Source: Cenococcum geophilum (lineage: Eukaryota). Taken from it: 64,000 nt of DNA. A program made the translations under genes and the position numbers. The notes under the pieces are model-generated. The model made no database searches, was not told the DNA's origin, and saw only the letters and a list, made by a program, of their open reading frames with translations. Numbering within the stretch: position 1 is the stretch's first letter; each line of letters opens with the position of its first letter. The stretch spans positions 7,874,001-7,938,000 of the forward strand of contig CP158635.1 in the NCBI GenBank assembly GCA_050273025.1. Reading direction: 5' to 3'. Shown one piece after another: positions 1 to 14,176 of this stretch.

Positions 1-1455
1 AGGTTAGCTATGGAATATATTATTTAAGTAAAGGCGCTATATAAACTATAGATCCATTCTTTTATAATAGCACCTTTATTAATTTTAAAATCTTTATCTC
101 TCTACTAGAATAAACGTATAATAACGCTAGCTATAGGTATATAGCTGTTACTAAACTTAAAATTTTATAATAACGGAACTGAGACTTTACTAGCTTTTTT
201 TTCGGAATTTTTAGGCCTTATTAGCGAGTTAGATTAGAATAAAGTTACTAAAGTTACTACCCTTTAATAAGCTATTTTAGATAAAATTAAAGCCTAGTTA
301 GTAGGTAGAAAATTACTAAAAGATCTATCCAAATTTACTATAATATGTTAATAAATTAATAAGGACCTTTAATATAATAAATAAACCCGTTTTCTAAAGC
401 TAACTATAGCTTATGTTTAACACTCTATAAAACTAGTATATACCCTAAATCGCGATCTATCTCTAAGACCTAAAAGCCCTATATATAACCCTATAGACCT
501 TAATACTATCTAATTCTATATACCCTTAGGAACTAATAAATAAAGAACTTAAGCCGTAAATAGAGAATGCTTTAAATGCGGTAGAGGGGGATATATTTAG
601 AGAAATTATTAAACTTACCCTTTTAAAAAGGTCTGCTATAGTTCCTTCTAATTATTAAATTATACCCGTTCTATAAATTATACTTAGTTGTTATAAAGTA
701 TCTTACCTTTAGTTAACTTGGAAAACAAATTATCCTAAGGCTAAGTTGCACCTTAAGATAAAAAGTAGAAGAGTATAAGTATTTAGGCTCTTCTAGCGCT
801 AATATATAATATAACTCCCTTAATATACTTAGCGAAATTTAAATACTTAGAAAATAGAAGAAGGTATAAATTCTAATAGATAGCGGGGCTACTAGTATAG
901 GCTTTATTAATATAAACTACGCAAAAACCTAATACCTAAAATTAAAGAAACTTAATAAGCCCTAAGGCCTATAAGGCTTTAACGATAAACCCTTAATATA
1001 TAGTGAACTAATATACTACGCTTTTATATAATTATGGATAGGCAAATACCTTAAATACGTTTCCCTATTTATAATGCCCCTAAAGCATTATAAAGTAATA
1101 CTTAGATATAGATAGCTAAAATAACATAACCCTTTACTTAGCTAGGTTAAAGAAATACTAATGTTCTATATAACCTACTACTAAAGCTATTATTTAAAAT
1201 ACTACCTACACTATAAATATATATAAGATTATTCAAACTTAATATAATATAAACTACCCCTACTATAGACTCTAAACTAAAATAATAAAGCTATAACTGC
1301 TAATTGTAGTAAAGAATATAAAGATATTATACCGAAACCTCTTAAAATTTATATAATATATCCTGTACCTTTTATTTTATTAGTAAGAAAATAAGACTAT
1401 AAAATCTTTACTATAATAATAGAATATATTAAGAAAGCGCTAGAACTAAAGTAAT

Positions 1456-4089
1456 TGTTCGTACTAATTTAATAGTACGAGTGAGTCATATCCCGGGGCA
1501 CGAAATACGTATAGTATTGTATGCTCTTTAGGATAGTGGTAACTGTCTCTTGTATTAAAGCAGACTATGTGGTCTATATACTAATACAACCTCCCCCTAA
1601 TTAGTTAGTACTTCAGGGGTGCACCAAACGCGTAAACGCGTAGTTGGTGTACCGAACGCGTAAGCACGCGGTTGGTATAACAGGTGCTGTAATTATATAC
1701 TAGCGGTACTTAAAAAATGAAACCACCTGTGTACAGCCTCCGTAATTGTTTTAATAGAACCGTAAAACATAAAAGAAATACATAGGAAATCTCTCCCAAG
1801 GTGCCTTCTAGGCTGCCTTCCAGACGGTACTTTAAGCTGGCCGTAAGTCCTGCTTACGGTTTGTAAAGTAAACTATACGGCCTTTTAACGGGCCGTAAAT
1901 AAACCGTACGGCCTTCCGACGGGCCGCAAATGAACCATAAGTGCTCCGTTAGTTACGTTCCACCTATTTTATAACCTTTAGATTAAGCTTATTTGTGTTA
2001 ATTAGGGTTTTTAAAGCTTAACATGGCTTTGCCTTAGTTATGGCATCTGCTGGGTTGTCTCCGCTGCTAATCCATTTGACCTCCGTAATCTTACGTCATT
2101 TATAGGCCTAACGTAAGCACATTAGGTCAACTATAAGCCTCTTCTCCTATATCGTACCTAGTTTAACTAGGCAGTTGTAGAGGGACTTTGAATTGGTATA
2201 TAAAACTAGGGGTAACTGCTCCAGTTATAGAATCTTCTAGACTGTTGATTTAATTGCGGCTGCTATATTAAAGCTATAAGCTAGTGTATATAGTTTAGAA
2301 GCTAGTACACTGCGGGTTACTTATTTGCACTTAATTAAAGACCAGTGCAGTATATTTACGTCCTGATTACGGTCTGTAACTTAGTCGCATTCCATTAGGT
2401 AAGGATATTACGCTTATATTCCGGTCCTTTAAAGTAGTTGCGAGTGGCTTTATATAGCTTATTAAAGGGAACACTAAGGGGGTTGCTCTTAAGGTTGGTG
2501 TAGTAGTGGTTAAGTGCTAGGCCGCGCAGTATGGTAGAGTAGGCTTAGCTGAACTCTTATTTAGGGATATTAGCCTTCTGGCAAAGGTCCGTAAAGATAG
2601 TCAGTTTAAAGTCGAAGTTATCGTTTTCACCACTATACTTAGATTCGTCAGTATAAAGCTTGGCTAGGTTAGCTAGCTCCTTACTATAGGTCTTTACTTA
2701 AGTAGGTTGCGGATCTATAACTTGTAGATCTATAGCTTGCGGATATGTGGCTTACGGATATATGGTTTGCGGATATATAGCTTATAGATCTGTAACTTAA
2801 ATAACAGGGGTAATTTGGTCCGTATTTTAGTTTGTAGGGGTATTATAGTCCGTATTTTGGGTTATAGGGGTATTATAATCCGTAGCGTGGTCCGTAACTT
2901 AAGAGTAGGGTATATTTTAGCTAATAAGGTTAAGTCTAAAGCCGCTTAGGTTTATAGGACGAATTTAGTTAAGTGGGTTAGGTATAAGGCTAGCGATTAC
3001 ATTAAGTTTAGAAGAAGTAAAGAGTTCCTTAATTTCTTGAAACTGGTTTAGGATTTCCTCTTTAGTCCATTCCATTTGGTCCTTCTCGTATATTATATTG
3101 TATAAGGACTATGCAACAGTAACTCGTTTATTCCTTTTAACCCATATACCTTAGTTACGTAAGAGGGTCCGTAGGTTACGGATAGTAGTAGGGTTGTATG
3201 CTTTAAAGATAGCTTCCGTAAAGTCCGTGAAGTCTTCCTAGTATTGCTTCTATAGGTCAACGTTTATAAGCTTAAAATATTTATATTTAAGAACTTTAAA
3301 TTTAATATAGTTGTTAACGTCAGGTATAGACGTAAGGTCGGCTCCCTGCCTCCACTTTTCCTAGCCTTTATTGACTTACTTCCTTAGGTCTGCCATACTG
3401 TATAGTATAGTGTAGTATATAGTGGGTGGAAGAGGTCTTGTAGTGGTCCGTAAAGGCGGTTAATATCCATAATAGTTCGTAGGAGGGTAAGAGGCTTCCG
3501 TAAGGGGTTTGAAAAGGGTTGGGGTACTAAGGGAGGGTATAGTAGGGGTAGGGGTTCAAGGTTTAAGGATAGGGGGTTTAAGGCTCAACGGAGGTTAAGG
3601 GTAGGGGGTTCTGTATAGGTCTGTATTCGCGTCTATTATACTTTTAGTAAACCGTACTAAGACTTAAATAAGTATACAGAGTTGGAAATAAGTCTATAAT
3701 CCCCAACTTCTAACCTTCTAGTAGGTCGTACTAGGAGTCTAAACGGGTAGTTACTGTTAAGTATCGCTTGGGGGGAGGTGTTAAGTAATTGCTAATCTGT
3801 GCGCGCTTACTAATTAGTATTTATACTAATTTAATAGTACGAGTGAGTTATATCCCGGGGCATGAAATACGTATAGTATTGTATGCTCTTTAGGATAGTA
3901 GTGACTGTCTCTTGTATTAAAGCAGACTATGTAGTCTATATACTAATGCGACCTCCCCCTAATTAGTTAGTGCTTTAGGGGTGCACTAGACGCGTAAGTG
4001 GGTGGTTAGTGCACTAAACGCGTAAACGCGTAGTTGGTGTACCGAATGCGTAAGCACGCGGTTGGTATAACAGGTGCTGTAATTATACA
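1456..4089 (-). mobile_element. GalEa-like Copia copy C1, internally deleted (~3.6 kb missing)
   Basis: TG...CA ends; 5-bp TSD GTAAT (1451-1455, 4090-4094); LTRs 1456-1699 and 3818-4089 match C2/C3; gag is fused to RNase H at 2366-2379. Confidence 0.93.
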
Positions 4090-5669
4090 GTAATATATTA
4101 ACCCTTAACCTTATATACCTAAAAAGTACTATAATCTAATTAATAAGTTTAAAAAAATAATTTATAGACTAACTACCCCAGTATTAGGAGGAATATAATT
4201 TTAAAATAAAACTTAAACTTAGTATAATATTAAAGTTCGGTCCGCTATATGGAATATTATAAGAAGAGCTGCTTATAATATAATAATACCTTAAGGAACA
4301 ACTAGAAAAAGAATTTATCCGCCCTAGTTAATTACTATTTACCTTACCTATACTATTCGTTAAGAAGCTAACAGAAGGCTTAAGATTCTATATTAATTAC
4401 TAAGCTCTAAACGCGATTATAATTTAAAACTGGTATCTAATTCCCCTAATCTAAGAGACGCTTAACTGCTTAGTAAAAGTATAATATTTTACAAAGCTTA
4501 ATATAGTCGCTACCTTTAATCAAATTTGTATTTATAAAGGAGATAAGAAATATATGGCCTTCTATATATAATAGGGACTTTTTAAATACCTAGCAATGCC
4601 GTTTAGTATAAAGAACGGTTTTAGTATATTTTAGTAATATATTAATAATACGGCACCGTAAATTCCTTAATATATTTATTACCGCGTATATTAATAATAT
4701 CTTAATCTACTCGTTTTTACTTTCTAAATATTGGAAGTACGTTTAAATAGTCCTTAAACGCCTGCGAGACGTGGGCATATAATATAATATTAAGAAATAC
4801 AAGTTTTACGTGTCTAAAGTTACGTACTTAGGCCTAATTATATCCCGTAATAGAATTAAGATAGACCTTAAAAAAATTGCTGCGATTATAAACTAGGAAA
4901 GTCCTAGCAGTATATAAAATATCTAAGGATTTTTAGGACTTGCAAATTTCTATTATTAATTTATTAATTACTTCTTAAAAATTAATTAGCTATTAGTAAA
5001 CTTAACAAGAAAGAATATAAGATTTAAATGGACTACTAAATATAAATAAGCTTTTAACGACCTAAAATATTATTTTATAACTACTTTAATACTCGCCTAC
5101 TTTAATTCTAACCTTATAAGAAAGAACCGCCTAACATTATCAGCACTTACGCTACTTGCTACCACTGTTAAATCTATATAGGCGATGCGAAGGGACTTTA
5201 TTGTATTAATGCTTAGCCTAGATATTAGTGGTGCCTATAACAACGTACCCCACAAACGCCTCCTATACATCCTTAGGGTAAAGGGCTTCCTAGAATGGAT
5301 TATATAATTTGTTTAAGGGTTTATAGGCCAGAAAAAAACATTACTAGTCTTTAGCGGGTACTAGAGCCCCCCTATTACAGTCGCAATAGGAATACTATAA
5401 GGATCACCCCTCTCGCCTATACTCTTCCTTTTCTTTATAAGCAACCTGCTTAACTCCTTTAAAAAAGGGGCGACTTAGGGGATAGGCTTCGTTAACGATA
5501 TAAACCTAATTATATACGGGCCAACAGTCGTAGAGAATTGTAGAATACTAGAGAAAGCCTATAACACCTATATAAAATAGGCAAGACGATATAGAGTCTA
5601 ATTCTCTCCAGAGAAATACCAGCTAATCCATTTTATAAGAAAACGCAACCAATTTATAGATCTTTAGTA

Positions 5670-6053
5670 ACGTACTTTACAAGCGAGCCGGCCACCTCAA
5701 AACTCACCAAAAATTGGAAAAATCGCACCTTAATATCTCGATAACCACTTAATAATATACTATATAGCTGCTATTACAGTTATATAGTATATAGTTTAGT
5801 AGTTTTTAAGATATAGTAATTTAGCCTTATTTAGAGGCTAAAATAAGGTCAAATTGCTATATCTTAAAAACTACTAAACTATATACTATATAACTATAAT
5901 AGCAGCTATATAGTATATATAAAAGCCTAAATCTAAAATATTAGAATTTATTATTAAGTAGTTGTCAAGATATTAAGGTGCGATTTTTCCAATTTTTGGT
6001 GAGTTTTGAGGTGGCCGGCTCGCTTGTATGGCCGACTCGCTTATGGAGTACGT
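5670..6053. mobile_element. Fold-back pogo/Fot1-type (Tc1-mariner) MITE inserted in the LINE
   Basis: TA TSD; ACGT termini with a CAAGCGAG motif; ~85-bp TIRs plus an internal hairpin with ~78-bp arms (5754-5921). Confidence 0.88.
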
Positions 6054-7087
6054 TATATAATTTATATTTAAGGCTTTAGGGGTTAACTAGTTTAAGGCCT
6101 AAGGGTATTAGGAGTATAGGTAGATAGTAAGCTCTAGTAGAGCGCATATGCGTTATAAGCGGCCTATAAGGGCTAAGCTTAGTATATTACAATATCTAGG
6201 ATTGTTAATTCTATATAGGGTCTATGCTTTTAAAGGTTACGCCTACTATATATAGTAGTTGTCCGGCTAACTATAACGTATAGATCTAGTATTTAGGCAA
6301 TAGGAGAATCTAAAAAAGGCCCCCCTAAATTACTTCTTAAACTACTCCAAAAGGTCCAAATAGCTTACCTTTAGAGTATAATAGGCGGGTATAGGCAAAC
6401 GGCTACAGTACTGCTTGAGAAGGAAGCTAATATCCTCCCCCCTATAATTATATATTAAAGCCGCTGTAAAATAAAGGGTGTAAAAGGAGTATAACTCTAA
6501 GGTTATAAAGTATATTAAAACATACCTAAATAAACTATAGAGGGACCCTAGGGTACCCTATAGGAGAGTAAACCAAATACCGTAAAGTAGGGAAGATATA
6601 TTAGAGAAACAGGTAAAGAAAATAAAAGAAGAATAGTGCTGCGTTAGGGCCTAGGCCTATATAAAGAAGGAAGGGAGACGCGTAAGAGGCCAGTAAAGGC
6701 AATAATAAAAGAGAGAAAGGAGCTAAAGTAAAGTATAAAAAAGTATTAGGAAACTATCTACCGTAATATAATACTGGCTAGACTAACACTAGAGAGGTTT
6801 ATAGAAGTTAAAGGTATAAAGGATAACTTAGGTAAGAGTAACCTAAGCCGTAGTATAATTAACTCTATAGGGGGTAAATACCTAGGGGCTCTAAAAATAC
6901 CTAATAAAGGCAGAAAATATAATACCAATACTTTTAAGAATAGAAATAATAGAACCAAAAGATTGGCTTTACTGGGTGGGTGTCCTAGTAAGTAGCCTAA
7001 GATGCGAATATAGCTAACTAAGATAGACTCCAAAACATATAATACTATTATACCCCTTACGCACTAACTAAGAAGTAATACTCTTAG

Positions 7088-7364
7088 TGTGGGAGGGTAC
7101 GACCTCTCTAAGATGGAAAGTCACAGTGCTGTCAGTCTGTCTATCGGTTAGTTAGTCAGTCGGTCGGTCAGTCGGTCGGTTAGTCAGTCGGTTAGTTATA
7201 ATCAGTCAGTAGAACAGTTAGTAAGAAAGAAAGAAAAGAGTGTATTTCCGGTAACTGGTAGAGTCGTAATATATATAATAGAGGGAAGAAGGAAGGAAGC
7301 CGAAGGCTCTATAAATATAGGAAAATGCCAAGATAGTAGGCGACGTCCAATCTACACCACTATA
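7088..7364 (+). mobile_element. Solo-LTR-like element, family D (copy 1)
   Basis: Starts TGTGGGAGGGTAC, ends CCAC(T)A(T)A; contains GTCA/GTCG repeats and a TATAAATA box; flanked by TTAG/TTAG; homologous to 24770-24993. Confidence 0.8.
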
Positions 7365-9594
7365 TTAGTAGCTGGTATAAAGAACTATAATACACTACTC
7401 TTAATATAAAAAGGTCTTAAGGCGGTTATCTAGTAGCTTATTAGCTAAAATATACTAGACTAGTTCTAGGTTATAAAGGAAATAGTAATAAAAGGCAAAG
7501 GGGCGAGTAATAGGCGTCCCCTAATAACTCTACAGTAGTAGAGTAAAGTTTGCGATACTAGCGCGTCCGTCAGCTTATTACGGCAGCAGTGGTTCTTAAA
7601 AAGGTTAAAAAGTAAGGTAGTAGAGCACCACTAGTAACTTATAGGCGTTAAGTAGGTAAGTTTTAAAAGGCGGGGAGATGGATTACAGGGTTTTCTTAAG
7701 TTAAGTTTTCTCCCTATATATAAATAAGGAGTAGTCCGCATAGGCCTAATAGGGATCTAAATCGGACGTTAAGCAATAAATTATTATTATTATTAATTCT
7801 AAGCTTAAATATATTGTTAAAACAGACTTATCTAATTATATACTAAGAGGAGTATTATCGCAATATAATATAAACAGCGAGCTACACTTAGTAGCCTTTC
7901 CCTCCTAGAAACTCGCCCCTGCTAAATTAAATTATAAAATATATAATAAGGAACTGCTTATAATTATTAGATACTTTAAATAATAGTATTTAGAACTTAA
8001 AGGATTGTTATTCCTAATACGCGTATTAACGGACTATAAAAACCTATAGTATTTTATAACTATAAAGCAATTAATATAATGCTAAATTTGTTAGGCTGAA
8101 TACCTCTTATAATTCGACTTTAAGATTATATTCTAACTTAGCAAACTTAATTAGAAGTCTAATTTATTAATATAGCAATTATAGAACCTATCTATAAACG
8201 CTTTAGATAAATAGATTATATTAGGAATAAGGTAAGCAGTCGTTACGTATTGCCGTAGCACTAGCGTAGCGAGGAGTCTTAAGCTCCTCGTCCTTCCTCA
8301 TTCTAAGAAAAAGCATATTAACCAACATCACTATAACTTACTCAAGTAGTCGTTATTAGTGAGTTACCCTATATAACTAACACTAATTAGTAGTTAAATA
8401 CACAGTCAACTATAAAGTAGCTAAGTTTTTAAATAGAAGAGATAGTCTTATATAGGGGTGCTATATGCGCTTATATAGAATAGATCCTAGTAATACTATA
8501 CTACCTTAAACTTATAGAAAACTAGTAATAGAAGTGTTATTAAATACTAAAAGATACTAAGTTACGTCTATTATATAAAACAACTACATTTATAAAGATT
8601 TGGTTAAGTACTTTAGGTTAGAAGTATTACTAAACCTAAGGTCCTAAGTTAATATCTAAAACGCGTTAAAACAACTATTTTAATACCTTTAGTGTACCTT
8701 TATGGACCGTAGGATTATAATTACTACCTAACTACACGTTAAATAACTTTTATTTCCCTTATTTTTTTTAAAAATGCGTTAAACAACCTTTAATAACAGC
8801 TATTATGGCGTTAACCTATCTAAAAAGTATAAGGACGATATTAACCTAGAGATATAGAAAACCAATATAATTAACCTTAAAGATATTAATTAATAAGATT
8901 TAAATAGATTCTTATTATACCATATAGTATATTATAAAGATAGTAAATATAACGACACTATACTATAGTACTATATAAGGGAGGACTTTATTAGATAGAT
9001 AAAGGGAATATAGAATTTTATAAAGAAGGATATTATATAAGACTTCCGTAACTTCTTATAGGAGTAGAGAGTGTTTATACCTATGGACGGGGGTATTATT
9101 AGAGATAATATTTAGGAGTAGGTTATTAACGTAAAAAAAGAGTATAAATAGACTCTATAAGAGATTAAGCACCAATTACGCACTATAAGGAAGCTTAACT
9201 TATAATAGAATCTAAGCAATATACCTCTAAAGACGAATTTACCTCTGCCTCTAACTTCTCTATATCCAATTTAACCTATAACTTTAACGCTAGATACTAT
9301 ACCCTAATAAGAGCAGGTATAGGATCCTATTATTTTATAATTTAATAACCTTCGGACTCTACTAACTAGACCTATGTCCCTACTATAGTCTATAATATAA
9401 CTCTTACCTTCTTTATTTTAATCTTAAATTAGAGGTATTTTAAAATTACTTACAGAGCTTATAAAGCTCTATTTAGATTAGGAGAAGAAGTTTAGTAGGG
9501 AATTATATAATATTCTTAATTTGAAATTGCGTATCTTCTATAAATATTGCTAGAAGGTAGGAATAGAGTCTAATTAATACTATAACGCCTATTC

Positions 9595-12081
9595 TGTTAT
9601 ACTTAGGGGCCAAGCTAGTACCTTCTATTATAATTATTTAGTAGAAAAAGGATATAACTTTAACTATATAATATATAAGTTAAAATATATTACGGGTCGG
9701 GGGCAGTGGCTATAGAGCGTATATATTCAAGGAGTTTATAAAACGTTACGCGATTAATTATAAGGGTTAAGGGCGTAAGGAGGTAATATACCTACGCGTA
9801 GCTAATATAAGCTATACATAAGGTATATACAAGAGCACAGGGCTCTCCTATAGAGGCCCTAGCGGCAGGGTTCCGTAATACTGCCCCCCTTCCTATAGAG
9901 GCGGAGCTCTACTAACGCTATAGTTACTATATATATATAGAAGGGACGCTTAAGGTATAGAGAAAAAGAAAAGGGGAATATCGTTAAAGGCTTAAAATAA
10001 TATTATATAATAAGGCTTGGCATCTAAGAATTTAACTAATTAGATAACTTTAACTGCTAGTTAAAGTTCTTAGACATCTTAATAATATCCCAGTTATATA
10101 ATCGCACTTTGCCGTAATCTAATAGCAATCTAACGGCAATTTGCCTTTACGTGGCAATATATAACAGTTTAACTCTATAAAGGCTCCTATAGAGGATTAG
10201 GTATAAAATCTCTGCTTAAGTCCGGTTTCTATAGGTTTACGTAATAAAAGTCGCTAATTAAATCCTTTACATTTTTAAAGTCTTCCTATAGTTGCCATTT
10301 TAGCTAATTTATATTAAATCCTATGTATATAGCTCTATAGTAGAGCTATCGTCCTCTACCTTTGCCAAAGTATTTAAAGTTAATAATTTGTTTAACGGTC
10401 TACTCCTTATAGTTTTCGTCTTTATTTTTATTTTAAATTAGTACTAGTAGGGGTTTAGGCTATATCTGCCCTAGTAAGGGGTTAGGCTAATAGAGGTATA
10501 GTAGCTATAGGTAAAATATAGGCTATATCCTATAGGTAGCTAGGGTAGGTAGGAGTTCTAGCTTATATATAGCTCCCCTATTAATAACTTGGTTAATTAA
10601 ATAGGGGCTAAGGTTCTTATAATTAAGTAACTTTATAGGCCTCTGCGTAGAGATATTATGTATATTTTTAGCTATACTTAGTCGCCAACACGCATCTCCA
10701 GTGGTGGCGTTCTATAATAGTTAGCGAAGTAGGCCTACTTTACTTAAGCCTAGGCCATTTCTCCCTTATAGTAGTTAAGTAGATTTTTTATACAGTCTAT
10801 ATACTAGTTAGTAAGTAGTATCTTAAGGCGTTTTTTATATAGTAGTTTCTTATTAATAGGTTCTAGTGGCTTTATACTAGATTAGGGGTAATAACCCTTA
10901 TTCGCGAAGAACGGGGTAAGTCCTATAGTGGTTAAGACGTAATTATTTGCTACAAATTTACCTAATAGGAGGTAATCTACCTAGTCATTTTAACTATAGG
11001 CAACTACCTATTATAGGTACGCTTTTATACTAGTATTAGCGTTTTTTAGTTACTTAGTAGTTTTATAGTAGAAGGATATAAACATCTTAATAGAGATGCT
11101 AAGGCGTTAGTAGATTCGTCTCTATATATCAGAGTTAAATTATATACCTTAGTTGGACGTAATTAAGTTAGGTAACTTATATAGTCAGTAAACTTCGCAA
11201 AAAAAGGCGTTAGTAATATTGCTAATAGCTACGCCTTTAGTTAGGATATAGTGGCGCTCTTTTATAAGTCGGTATATTATTATAAGGATGTTCTTATAGG
11301 TACGGCTATATCGTTTATAGGGTGGTAGGTTAATAACAAAATCTATAGCGATATCTGCCTATTATTATATAGGTACTAGTAAAGAGTGTAGTAGTCCTTA
11401 GTACTTTATATTAAAGGCCTTGGCGCGTTTATAACTATAGTAGGCGCCTATAAAGCGTTTAACTAAGTCTATTATTTTTAGCTAGAAGTAATATCGGCTA
11501 AGAAGCTTATAGGTTCCTCCTCTGCCTAGGTAGCCGCTTAATTAGAGGTTGTAAGCCATTTAGATTAGTTACTATTATAGATTTTCTAAGTTAGGGATAA
11601 ATAGGCGGCCTCTATAATAGAGCCTATTTTTTTTTACTTCTAAGGCTGCTATATTAATCTGGCCTAAGCTTTAGAGGTTAATAAGCAGTATATAGGCGCT
11701 AGCGGTCTTTATAGCAATAAGTTAATATAGTAATAGGTTAATAGAGGTATTATATACCGTAGTAATAAGCTTATTAATTTTAGGAGGTAACTCTAGTTCT
11801 ATAGTATAAAGCTGAGGTATAGTTGGCTCTATTATAAGTAGTATGCCTAGGGCTAAATTTTATACTTTTAGGATTGTTTATTGTTGGAACTAATTATAGG
11901 GGTTATCTTTAGACTAAGAAAGGTCTTATAAGCGGCATATTAGGCTATTAGGTTTAGTACCTTATACTCCTAGTCTATATACAATTTTAAAGTTAAAACT
12001 AAAGAGGAACTCGTTCTAATATACTTAGCGTTAGTTTAGCTACTTTATGGTTATAAAGTACTTCAGGTTATAATAGTTCGT
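9595..12081 (-). mobile_element. Chromoviral Gypsy host G, 3' part (RNase H end, integrase, chromodomain, PPT, 3' LTR ~9595-9880)
   Basis: On the minus strand: TDHxNLKYF at ~12080-12055; DIAIDFVV and FATNNYV-like integrase motifs; chromodomain EWTVEQI...WQPWEDF at ~10410-10270; PPT GGAAGGGGGGCAG abutting T(G)TTACGG at 9880. Confidence 0.8.
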
Positions 12082-12608
12082 TATAATAAAGCCTTATAGC
12101 AGGAACTACGGTAAACTTATTAATGGGCTAGGTATATAGGTAAATAAGAAGTTAATAACATAATAATAACTAGTGGAGTAGTTGCCTAATACATTAACTC
12201 TAATTATATTCTGAGATTTACTATAAAGAGAAGAACTATCTAGGTAGGGACTGTGGTCCTTTAAATATATACTATACTTCTAAGAAATCCTCCTTATATA
12301 TAAGGTACGTCTTATATATAAGGTATATAAGTTCCTCCTATTTCTCTTATTTAATACGTAGTATATTATATAACCTTAGTTACTATTCCTTATTATATAG
12401 TTCTACCGGTTCTATTTTAGACCGTACCTTAATTAACTAACTAGCTACTTTTAACTCCTCTCCTAGTAGTTATAATATTGTACTTAAAGCGTCCGTAATA
12501 CTATCTCCCTCCCTTTTATCTTCGTCCTTAAAGACTTTTAATATCTTTAAGTTATTTATTAGAGGTGTAATATCTATCTAATTAATTTAGTTAATATTAT
12601 TACTTATT

Positions 12609-13292
12609 ATAACTAAAGCTTCTTCTTCTTTATACGCCTAATGTTGTGCCCATACTATTACTGCAATATTATCGCTTAGTAAAATTATACTATCTTTATA
12701 TTCTTATTATGCGAAAGAGGGGTTAGTTTATATTACGTTAATAAGTCCATCTTTATAATAATAGTCCTCTTATTTAAAGTATACTAAAGCGAATATTTAT
12801 TTGTCCTATAACGTTCGCTTTACTTCTAATGCTAATATACGCGTTTTATTACTCTTAATAGTTGTCTAGTTCCCTAGTTAATTTGTTTTAGGGTTTTATA
12901 TTTAATCTACTACTGCTTATCTTAATAGTAAGTTATCTTAAACTTTTACTAAGTTAAAATGTTCTTATAATACGGAACAGAAGGCCTTAAATACATATAT
13001 TACGGCGTTTACTTAGTTACTCCGTCTTAAGAAGGTTTATAAGAAGGTTTATTTTAAAAAGTAGAAACTTATAGAATAAGGTTTATAGGAACTTAGTAAT
13101 AAAAGAATAGATTTTTTTTTAGCTAAGAAGGAAATAAATCTAAGTAGTTCGGCAACTACTGTTTTTAAGTCCCCCTTAGGTAACTTATTTTTTGGTAATT
13201 TTTCTTTATTAATACTGCCTAACCTAATTTCTTCTAATACTCCTATACATTTCTTATAGCGTTTTTTAGATTCTCTAGTAGCTTCTAGGTAG
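12609..13292 (+). pseudogene. Antisense Zn(II)2Cys6/coiled-coil gene of B1 (RIP-inactivated)
   Basis: Colinear with 39459-40143; start ATG mutated to ATA; intron ATACGC...TTAG; 1-nt deletion just before the intron. Confidence 0.7.
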
Positions 13293-14150
13293 TCTTCTTA
13301 TAGCCTATCCACTTAACCTTATACTATATTTTATTATTAATATCCTTATAACTAATAATCTTTAAAACTTGCTATTTATCTTCCTCTTATCCTTTATATA
13401 TATCTACTTTATAGACTAGTAGCTCTATATTTCTATATACTGGCTCTAGTATTGCAATATACTATATAGGGTAGATCTTTATCTTAGCTAATAGGTTTAA
13501 CTTAAATATAACTGGTGAAATCCTTTATATAATTTTAAAAGGTCCTAGTTTAATATAGTTTAACTTCTTACTTAGTTATTAACTCTTAAGATTTTTGTAT
13601 AGTAGCTATACTTTATCCCCCTCCTTAAGATCTAGTCCTTTAGATTTCTTAGCATTATAGTACTTTTTTATTTTTTCTTATACCCTTTTTACTAATTCTA
13701 TAAGGTCCGTATAAAGATTTATTAGTATCTTTATCCTTTCTTTAGCTATACTACTTATTTTTTTTTATACTTATTATAGTAATAATAATATACCTATAAT
13801 TTGCCTTAAATAATAATATGCCTATTCCTTCTTATAGTATTATATTATATATAAACTGCGTAATTAGTAATAATAATACTGTATAATTACAGCACCTGCT
13901 GTACCAACCGCGTGCTTACGCGTTCGGTACATCAACCACGCGTTTACGCGTTCGGTGCACCAACCACCCGCTTACGCGTCTGGTGCACTCCTAGAGCACT
14001 AACTAATTAAGGGGGAGGCGCATTAGTATATAGACTACGTAGTCTACTTAATATAATTAACAGTTACCACCATCCCAAAGAGCATACGATACTATACGTA
14101 TTTCGTGCCCCGGGATATAACTTAATTATATCATTAAGTTAATACAAACA

Positions 14151-14176
14151 CTAATTAGTGAGCGCGCACAGATCAG
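14151..14176 (+). promoter_or_regulatory. Hairpin site at the PBS position (GalEa-type conserved hairpin site)
   Basis: CT(G)AT(C)AGTG-AGCGCG-CACAGATCAG lies directly after the 5' LTR; also present in C3 (28408-28433) and C1 (~3792-3817); no TGG tRNA-type PBS. Confidence 0.7.

Larger units (their letters stand above)
5117..7792 (+). mobile_element. 5'-truncated Tad1-like LINE (RT and C-terminal part), RIP-degenerate
   Basis: LDISGAYDNVPHERL at ~5218-5265; G(I)PQGSPLSPILF at ~5389-5430; GFVDD at ~5485; AATAAA followed by a (TTA)n tail at 7775-7792; ~15-bp TSD TTAATTCTAA(C/G)CTTA at 5102-5116 and 7793-7807. Confidence 0.9.
1..8220 (+). mobile_element. Gypsy/Ty3 LTR retrotransposon relic A (gag end, PR, RT, RNase H); pieces 1-1455, 4090-5116, 7793-~8220
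   Basis: RIP-reversed motifs: CCHC knuckle CFKCGRGGH(I)QRNC at ~568-610; LIDSGAT at ~872-892; FGPLYGMS/SPVLFVKK/LRFCIDY at ~4236-4400; YIDDILIY at ~4687; ETDSSDY and YEIYDKELL at ~7820-7960. The reading resumes across each TSD-flanked insertion. No LTR is seen. Confidence 0.9.

Noticed and set aside
6758..7033. 91-aa minus-strand ORF
   Set aside because: Antisense to the RIPed LINE; its Leu/Ile-rich composition is typical of RIP artefacts.
9900..10166. Possible extra solo LTR ending TATAACA with an internal hairpin
   Set aside because: No matching start or TSD found; left as the 3' UTR of host G.
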